Shown here in pieces: positions 7,111 through 14,678 of a stretch of 14,678 bases of DNA; position 1 is the stretch's first letter; each line of letters begins with the position of its first letter. Both the position numbers and the translations under genes were made by a program. The notes below the pieces were generated by a model that was given only the letters and a program-made list of their open reading frames with translations, made no database searches and was not told where the DNA came from. The DNA is from Octopus sinensis (taxonomy: Eukaryota): the NCBI RefSeq assembly GCF_006345805.1, contig NW_021825730.1, positions 1 through 14,678 of the forward strand, in the 5' to 3' direction.

Positions 7111-9824
7111 CCGATTCTTCCCCTCTCTTCCTCCCCTCTTCCTCCCATCCTCCTTAATCCCTTCTTTCTCCTTTTCTCTTGGTCACTGATTCTGTCCCCT
7201 GCCTTCCAGCCTCTTTGATTCCCTCTCTCTCTGTCTCTCTTTTTCTCTCTCTCCTGCGACCTGCTGCTTCTTAAACCATTCTGTTGGCCTTCGTATCTCG
7301 ACCAACATGTGTCCCCGCTACCGAAACGGTAATTATTTCTACGCCAGCTATGTTGTTTTGTGTTTTTGTCTCATTTGGTCTAAAGTCGTATGACAACCAT
7401 CGTTATATATGTTTTGTTTATTCATTACTGTTTTCAATTTCGTTTTCGTCTCTTGTATTCACATCCGTCTTGTGCGTTCACATTCCTGTCTTCTACCAAG
7501 AAATCTAATGCTTACAGCTTAGTTTTTTTTCTTGGGGCTGGCCGAGTTGGAGCAAATATCAGAATTGAACAGCCGAAATTTGCTATGATGATTCGGTGTC
7601 TGACTGAAGATTGAAGGCTTCGAATGATTTGTCTGTGTTCCGTGTTCGTCCCTTCCTGTATTTCACGTTCATTATATATAAAAACATTCATTCTTATATT
7701 ATTGCGGCGTTACGTGCCCCCCCCTTTGTTTGTCCAATTTTAAACCCTGCACGACTTCTATACACACTGTCTTTTACTACCCGCCATTGCTTCTTCACCA
7801 AAACTTTTGGCGCCCTCCGATTCTTCCCCTCTCTTCCTCCCCTCTTCCTCCCATCCTCCTTAATCCCTTCTTTCTCCTTTTCTCTTGGTCACTGATTCTG
7901 TCCCCTGCCTTCCAGCCTCTTTGATTCCCTTTCTTCTCTGTCTCTTCTCTCTTTTCTCTCTCTCCTGCGACCTGCTGCTTCTTAAACCATTCTGTTGGCC
8001 TTCGTATCTCGACCAACATGTGTCCCCGCTACCGAAACGGTAATTATTTCTACTACGCCAGCTATGTTGTTGTTGTGTTTTTGTCTCATTTGGTCTAAAG
8101 TCGTATGACAACCATCGTTATATATGTTTTGTTTATTCATTACTGTTTTCAATTTCGTTTTCGTCTCTTGTATTCACATCCGTCTTTGTGCGTTCACATT
8201 CCTGTCTTCTACCAAGAAATCTAATGCTTACAGCTTAGTTTTTTTCTTGGGGCTGGCCGAGTTGGAGCAAATATCAGAATTGAACAGCCGAAATTTGCTA
8301 TGATGATTCGGTGTCTGACTGAAGATTGAAGGCTTCGAATGATTTGTCTGTGTTCCGTGTTCGTCCCTTCCTGTATTTCACGTTCATTATATATAAAACA
8401 TTCATTCTTATATTATTGCGGCGTTACGTGCACCCCCCCGTTTGTTTGTCCAATTTTAACCCTGCACGACTTCTATACACACTGTCTTTTACTACCCGCC
8501 ATTGCTTCTTTTCACCCAACTTTTTGGCGCCCTCCGATTCTTCCCCTCTCTTCCCCCCTCTTCCTCCCATCCTCCTTAATCCCTTCTTTCTCCTTTTCTC
8601 TTTGGTCACTGATTCTGTCCCCTGCCTTCCAGCCTCTTTGATTCCCTCTCTCTCTCCTGCGACCTGCTGCTTCTTAAACCATTCTGTTGGCCTTCGTATC
8701 TCGACCAACGTGTCCCCGCTACCGACCGAAACGGTAATTATTTCTACGCCAGCTATGTTGTTGTTGTGTTTTTGTCTCATTTGGTCTAAAGTCGTATGAC
8801 AACCATCGTTATATATGTTTTGTTTATTCATTACTGTTTCAATTTCGTTTTCGTCTCTTGTATTCACATCCGTCTTGTGCGTTCACATTCCTGTCTTCTA
8901 CCAAGAAATCTAATGCTTACAGCTTAGTTTTTTTCTTGGGGCTGGCCGAGTTGGAGCAAATATCAGAATTGAACAGCCGAAATTTGCTATGATGATTCGG
9001 TGTCTGACTGAAGATTGAAGGCTTCGAATGATTTGTCTGTGTTCCGTGTTCGTCCCTTCCTGTATTTCACGTTCATTATATATAAAAACATTCATTCTTA
9101 TATTATTGCGGCGTTACGTGCACCCCCCCCCGTTTGTTTGTCCAATTTTAAAAACCCTGCACGACTTCTATACACACTGTCTTTTACTACCCGCCATTGC
9201 TTCTTCACCAAAAACTTTTTGGCGCCCTCCGATTCTTCCCTCTCTTCCTCCCCTCTTCCTCCCATCCTCCTTAATCCCTTCTTTCTTCTTTCTCCTTTCT
9301 CTTGGTCACTGATTCTGTCCCCTGCCTTCCAGCCTCTTTGATTCCCTCTCTCTCTGTCTCTCTTTTTCTCTCTCTCTCTGCGACCTGCTGCTTCTTAACC
9401 ATTCTGTTGGCCTTCGTATCTCGACCAACATGTGTCCCCGCTACCGAAACGGTAATTATTTCTACGCCAGCTATGTTGTTGTTGTGTTTTTTTGTTCTCA
9501 TTTGGTCTAAAGTCGTATGACAACCATCGTTATATATGTTTTGTTTATTCATTACTGTTTTCAATTTCGTTTTCGTCTCTTGTATTCACATCCGTCTTGT
9601 GCGTTCACATTCCTGTCTTCTACCAAGAAATCTAATGCTTACAGCTTAGTTTTTTTCTTGGGGCTGGCCGAGTTGGAGCAAATATCAGAATTGAACAGCC
9701 GAAATTTGCTATGATGATTCGGTGTCTGACTGAAGATTGAAGGCTTCGAATGATTTGTCTGTGTTCCGTGTTCGTCCCTTCCTGTATTCACGTTCATTAT
9801 ATATAAAAACATTCATTCTTATAT
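7111..9824. repeat. Tandem array of a ~700-bp non-coding unit, ~3.85 copies (starts 7111, 7817, 8534, 9229)
   Basis: Each unit starts ccgattcttccc; periods are 706, 717 and 695 bp; the fourth copy ends at attcattcttatat in an (AT)n tract. Each unit opens with a ~145-bp polypyrimidine tract. Confidence 0.97.
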
Positions 9825-10090
9825 ATATATCTACCTATCTATCTATCTATCTATCTATATATATATATATATATATATATATAGATATACATACATATAT
9901 GTATGCATATGTGTTATATGTATATATATATATATGTATATGTGTGTATGTCTGTCTGTCTGTCTGTATGTATGTATGTATGTATGTATGTTATGTATGC
10001 ATATATATGTGCATGCGTGTATGAACGTATACATATATACATTTATATATATATATACATACACATGCGTGTGTGTGCGCGTGTACGCAC
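9821..10090. repeat. Compound microsatellite (AT)n, (ATCT)n, (TCTG)n, (ATGT)n
   Basis: Read directly from the sequence. Confidence 0.93.
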
Positions 10091-10924
10091 GCCTAAATAT
10101 TTATGCAGCTCGACCTGACTCACTCACCTCTACAAATATATATTATTCTTGTGCCAAAACAAGTACCAGATACGTAGTCGATCTAGAATGGGTCAACTGA
10201 ATCGTCTTAACCACAGCCCTACGCATTTATGGCCCCCCGCCAAAATATTAGAAAGTAGCGTTAACAATTCCGAAAACTGAATCAACATTTAGGATTACCT
10301 GTGTATGAAAGAGCAATTAATAAAGGTAAGCATTCGCTGGAAAACACCAGAATGAAGACAAGCTGACTAAGCGCCGTTTTTAATGATTCACGCGCAAATA
10401 TATGTTACACATAGAAACGTTTCGTAATGATATAAAAATGCTGGATAAATGACAGTTACAGGTGCCAACCAAACTGTGCGTCGACTAATAAGTCAATAAT
10501 CCAATATGAATCAGTACACGATATGGAAATAGTAACATTGATCATTACTGTGGAATAGCAAAACAGGGTGGGAATTCGGGTGTGGAGCGTACGGTAAAAA
10601 TACACCAAAGTTCCGTTCCTTGCTTGCTTCCCCTGATATTTGATCGCTTTAAACACACACACACACACGCACGCACGCACATCTGTGTATGTATATTATA
10701 TATATATATATATATATATATCAACAATGATGATGATGATGATGATATATATATATAGGCTTTTGTGTCGGATTATACAACCTTACGCACATACATACAA
10801 TACACACTTGCACACACACATTTATTTATATAACTCGTTTATACGGTTGAACTCGAAGTAAATAAAGCTGTTAATAAAAGTACGTACCTATTGGATTAAA
10901 ATCCTTTTGAGAGAAAAAATCGAA

Positions 10925-10995
10925 GGTTGCCCGTGAGAATCGAACCCATATCTCCTGCAAGCGGGACAGGCGTTTTACCTATGAACCAAAACAAG
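10925..10995 (-). pseudogene. tRNA-like sequence (tRNA pseudogene or SINE head); nominal anticodon CGC in a non-canonical loop
   Basis: Minus strand CTTGTTT-TG-GTTC-ATAGGTA-AAAC-G-CCTGT-CCCGCTT-GCAGG-AGAT-ATGGG-TTCGATT-CTCAC-GGGCAAC-C folds as a cloverleaf with GGTTCGATTC B box. The acceptor stem has a C-C mismatch and three G-U pairs; the anticodon loop lacks U33 and purine 37. A T6 run follows. Confidence 0.7.
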
Positions 10996-11296
10996 CCTCC
11001 AAATTTCTGTCCTTCAGTCTTGTCTATCCAAAGGAATTCTTCACCAAATATTCAGCATCATCGTTTTCGAGTTTAGTCGCTATATAAAAATGTATTATTT
11101 CACGTTCTTTCGAAGTTTCTAAATTCTGATCGCCTAAACATATATGCGCACACTTGTGTGTGCGTGTGTGTGCGTGCGTGTGTGTGCGTGCGTTTGTATA
11201 TGTGTGTGAGTGTGCGTGCGTGTGAGAGTATGTGTGTATTTATACTATTTATATATGTATACGCATATATATATATATATAAGCATATGTATACGC

Positions 11297-11334
<38 letters not shown>

Positions 11335-11803
11335 CGCGGTCTGATCAATAAGTATCCAGACTGTTGCCATAGTATCGAAGCTCAAGCACGCAGCGTGAAG
11401 TCTGGCAAAGATTGATCTTGGACACTGCTGTGCATGCGCACTAAGTTTTAACGTTCTATCTCATTTCCACTCTTTACAGCAGTGCTTGGAAGGAACGTGT
11501 GTAGTGTGTGATCGTCGCATTGACCATAACAGAGAAAGTTGTCATGGCGATACTTGCTCAGAAGCCTACGCAAAGTTGCAGAAAGTGTATGGAGAAGAGA
11601 GTATGAGCCGCACACAGGTGTACGAGTGGTTCAGACGTTTCCAAGATGGCCGAAAAAAATGTCGATATTGACGGACGTTCTGGGAGACCCGTGACCAGCA
11701 GAACTGAGAAAAACATCGCAAATATGCGTGCAGCTGTGAAGGAAAATCGTCGAATCACCAACCGTGAGTTATCAGGGGATGTGTAAATTAGTTACGGTTC
11801 AGC
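11335..11803 (+). mobile_element. Mariner (Tc1/mariner) left end: TIR plus decayed N-terminal HTH transposase region
   Basis: TA then cgcggtctgatcaataagtatccagactg (mariner-type TIR). Translation GDTCSEAYAKLQKVYGEESMSRTQVYEWFRRFQDGRK, then after a frameshift NVDIDGRSGRPVTSRTEKNIANMRAAVKENRRITNRELS, matches the mariner W..RF..GR....D..RSGRP pattern. Confidence 0.9.
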
Positions 11804-12317
11804 ATTTTCGTTGGTACAAGAGGTTCGGAGACGGTAGAGAAGATTTGAGAGATGACCAAAGGTGTGGGAAGGAGTAGAAAGTCAGATTAGAAGTGATGGA
11901 GAACATTCGCTACTTTCTGAATGAAGAACGTCACCCAGAAAGCAATAAGTTGGTTTTGCAAGTGCACACAGAAGTCTTCATGAAGATCTGAAAATCTAAA
12001 CATGCACAAAATTTGAGCAAAGATCGATGCAAACGTGTTCAGTGAGGAACGTTCCGGTGACCAACTACTTGACAGAGATGGCCATCAAGACTGTCCTTCA
12101 CCCCAACCCCGACTATTGTCCAGACCGTGGTCCCTGTGACTTTTAGTTCTTCCCAAAGAGAAGGCAAAGAGGTCTTCGATACTTCACATTGGACGACTTC
12201 CATGGGGCTTTACACAAAGTGCAGAAAATCCTACTTGGAAGAAAGTGAGAGCATTGCACTTGTTTCAAGTCAAATGTCTCTCCTGAAAAAGTTTGGAAAC
12301 TTTTCAAATACACCTTG
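11804..12317 (+). mobile_element. Second mariner segment: repeated HTH region, internal deletion of the catalytic core, C-terminal YSPDLAP-like motif and right TIR
   Basis: FRWYKRFGDGREDLRDDQRCGKE*KVR at 11806 onward; YLTEMAIKTVLHPNPDYCPDRGPCDF*FFPK at 12066-12158; TIR-like aaaagtttggaaacttttcaaatacaccttg at 12287-12317. Confidence 0.82.
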
Positions 12318-12660
12318 TTTTCTTTTTTTTTTTTTCTTTTACCTTTGTTTTTTTTCCTCTTGCTGTGACGATTCACAAGCAACGCCCCAAAATTTAACGG
12401 AGCGTTCTGACTGATGTAAAATGGTAAATGTCTTTAAGTAAAACCATCGGACCAGCAAAAAAGCATTAATGTAACTGCTTGACGAAGCAGATGCATGTAA
12501 TGGCGGCCATATTCAAGATTCATGGATTTTACAAATGATCTTTAGCGATATCTTATGAATAGGAAAATGTCCTCACAAATGAACATGTGGGATGCAGAAA
12601 CATATGTCACGATACATTAATGAAATCTATAAATTTCCATCTACATGTCATTTTCATTAT

Positions 12661-12683
12661 TGTGTGTGTGTGTGTGTGTGGTG

Positions 12684-12738
<55 letters not shown>
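12661..12738. repeat. (TG)n microsatellite
   Basis: Read directly from the sequence. Confidence 0.95.
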
Positions 12739-12739
<1 letters not shown>

Positions 12740-13079
12740 CAATGACTGAAAACTAAATTGGTTCTAAAATATTTGGTACGCTTCTATTGAAAGAACTCTA
12801 AAATTTTCTACAAGAACTCTTAAATTGTATAATTCTTCTTTTCTTTCCACAGAAGTGTGTTATAATGTATAAATAGTAATTTAAATATTTGGTTACATAT
12901 TCTTCATTTAAGGCGAATGACAGATGGCTAAGAGAAATATCTAGGTCTCTGCAGCCTAAATATTCTTACGCAGTAAGGGAATTACATATTTTTTTCCTTT
13001 CTTTTTTTCTTGGGGATGATTTTACTCACGTAAGAATAGTTCCTTTCTTTAGCCCCCTGCAACCCAAGACTTCATCGTA

Positions 13080-13470
13080 CACTCACCCAGACACACATGC
13101 ACTCACATACACATGCGCAAACATTCGCATAAGCACTTATACGCTCGCTCGCGCACACATACACGCACAAATTCACACATACGCATATACACGCGTACAC
13201 ATACATGTTCACATAATCACACACGTATGTATATATATATTTGATATACAGATAGACGTTTATATATAAGGATATAGATATATATATATATATACATATA
13301 TATATTTGAGCACGTGTGTGTGTATGCGTGCATGTGAACACATAGATATGCCTATATACGCATAAGTACATACACATGTTCACATAAACCCATAAATGTA
13401 TTTGATATATACATATATATATATATATATAAGGATATATGTACATATACATATGTGTGCATGTCTTAAC
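13080..13470. repeat. Degenerate (AC)n/(AT)n low-complexity region
   Basis: Read directly from the sequence. Confidence 0.85.
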
Positions 13471-13758
13471 GCGCGTATACGCACACGTACATCATATGCA
13501 GAACAGACGTAGCGACACGCGGTTCTCCATTACCAAAATGGGAATCTATCTTACTCAAGATGTTTATATATTGTACACGTATAAGAGAAGATAGCATAAC
13601 TTGTAACGGATATATATAACTGCAAGAAGAAGGAGGAGACACGCAAAGATACCGGGGTAAACTGAGACAATACAGAGCCTTCAAATACCTGCATATTCAT
13701 TTCAGATGTTGTTACCACCGTCACCACTCACACCCTGTTTTAGTTTTGCATTTGTTTT

Positions 13759-13797
13759 GGGAGGGGTTTTGGTGGGGAAGGTTTAGGGGGCAAGGGG
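13759..13797 (+). other. Potential G-quadruplex (five G-tracts)
   Basis: GGG-a-GGGG-ttttggt-GGGG-aaggttta-GGGGG-caa-GGGG. Confidence 0.6.
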
Positions 13798-14046
13798 TGA
13801 CGTAAATAGTCTGAAAAAGATACGGGTACATTGTATGAAGTTTCCAAAATGAGTGTAAACCTGACCATCACATTATATATGTGTGTGTATGAGTGTTTAT
13901 ATGTTATATGCATACATACATACACATATACAAAAATATACATTTGTGTATATATATTATATATATTTTTTATATTATATATATGCATATAATTAATATA
14001 TTATACATGCACATATATATACACGTATAATATATTCATTATATGC

Positions 14047-14087
<41 letters not shown>

Positions 14088-14129
14088 TTGTAATATAAAT
14101 ATATATATTATATATACATAGATGAATGA

Positions 14130-14470
14130 TATTGGCTTCAACTTTTAGTACAAGGTGGAGGCGCGTGGCTTAGTGGTTAGGGTGTCAGCACCATGATCGT
14201 AAGATCGAGGTTTCGATTCCTGGACCGGGCGACGCTTTGTGTTCTTGTGCAAAACACTTCATTTCACGTTGCTCCAGTCCACTCAGCTGGCAAAAATGAG
14301 TAACGCTGCGATAGACTGGCGTCCCGTCCATCTGGGTAACACATACGCCATAGAAACCGGGAAACCGGGCCCATGAGCCTGGCTAGGCTTTAAAAGGGCG
14401 CATTTATTTTTATTATTTTTAGTACGAGGCCCACAATTTTGGGGGAGAGGATAAGTTGATTACACAACCA
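14130..14470 (-). mobile_element. Remnant of a short interspersed-repeat tail interrupted by a SINE
   Basis: attggcttcaacttttagtacaagg | cccacaattttgggggagaggataagttgattacac reads as one continuous segment once the insertion and one TSD copy are removed. Family assignment as a SINE tail is from recall only. Confidence 0.45.
14156..14416 (+). mobile_element. Full-length tRNA-derived SINE (second family) with 13-bp TSD
   Basis: A box tggcttagtgg (14166-14176), B box ggtttcgattcc (14209-14220), central ctgcgatagactggcgtcccgtcca resembling V/Meta-type SINE domains (recall, unverified), (TTTA)-like tail, flanked by ttttagtacaagg (14143-14155) and ttttagtacgagg (14417-14429). Confidence 0.88.
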
Positions 14471-14678
14471 GATTGCAACGTTGGTAGACTCAACAGGCGT
14501 ATCGATTGAGGACCCTTATCAACAGAGTCAATTATTTGCCGAGGCTTTTTCAACTATTTTCAACAAGATGATGGTCGTGAACCCCCTTCCATTTGATAGA
14601 TCGGTACCTCCAATGCTTCGATTGGTCATCACGCGGGACGAAGTCAAACGTGTTATTCAAGGCCTCGATGTCAACAAG
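14466..14678 (+). mobile_element. 5'-truncated LINE ORF2 fragment (linker just before the RT domain; CR1/L2/Jockey-like), running off the window
   Basis: Open frame NQIATLVDSTGVSIEDPYQQSQLFAEAFSTIFNKMMVVNPLPFDRSVPPMLRLVITRDEVKRVIQGLDVNK matches the I..L....G..I.D...KA.LF...F..VF ... IT..EV...L..LD.NK(S.GPDG) pattern of non-LTR ORF2. Confidence 0.78.

Noticed and set aside
7536-7584. HDV-like ribozyme reading of the pseudoknot
   Set aside because: It lacks P1.1 (CC/GG), a proper P3/L3 and P4; kept only as a generic low-interest pseudoknot.
7598-7635. CTGAAGA-ttgaaggcttc-GAAT (also at 6331) and ccGAAAcggTA (7322) as hammerheads in the array unit
   Set aside because: No foldable stem II, GAAT instead of GAAA and no stem I partner for the first motif; no upstream CUGANGA for the second.
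7111-9824. CRISPR-like or other repeat-spacer array
   Set aside because: The units are ~700 bp and wholly repeated with no unique spacers, in a eukaryotic context.
7611-10024. Recurrent MKASNDLSVFRVRP... ORFs in the tandem units
   Set aside because: They start at TTG, end differently in each copy because of indels, are low-complexity and resemble no protein family I recognise.
10160-10257. Possible very old SINE 3' tail (aagtaccag...gggtcaactgaatcg...gccaaaat)
   Set aside because: Only scattered short matches; too degenerate to call.
12833-12978. Strong acceptor-like ttcttttctttccacag and donor-like gtaagg defining a 120-nt exon
   Set aside because: All three frames have stops within 25 nt; it cannot be supported as coding, and a UTR exon cannot be judged from sequence alone.
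411-13988. Most ORFs in the supplied track (YIYIYI, CVCVCV, HTHTHT, RERERE rich)
   Set aside because: They are translations of microsatellites or SINE bodies, with no domain signal. Only parts of 443-733 (Helitron), 1329-1580 (RTE) and 11486-11671 (mariner) reflect real, decayed coding sequence.

Overview
AT-rich, microsatellite-dense, non-coding eukaryotic DNA with no intact protein-coding gene. The repeat content resembles a cephalopod (Octopus-like) genome; this is from recognising the tRNA-derived SINEs and is not verified. Nearly all ORFs in the supplied track are microsatellite artefacts. The window is a stack of transposon relics: a Helitron helicase fragment (389-589, -), an RTE-type LINE 3' end (1422-1810, -), three copies of one tRNA-derived SINE family, a second SINE nested with a 13-bp TSD (14156-14416), a composite mariner (11335-12317), a tRNA-like pseudogene (10925-10995, -), a LINE ORF2 fragment at the right edge, and a ~3.85-copy ~700-bp tandem array (7111-9824). 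The main signal is RNA-level: six hammerhead-ribozyme (HHR) motifs lie between 2414 and 5558. Two have fully canonical cores with an unusually long AU-rich stem II. They sit in the arms of a ~290-bp inverted repeat that is part of a ~472-nt partially tandem monomer, an architecture resembling retrozymes or Penelope pseudo-LTRs, and it lies inside the internal microsatellite of a SINE. All structures were folded and aligned by hand.
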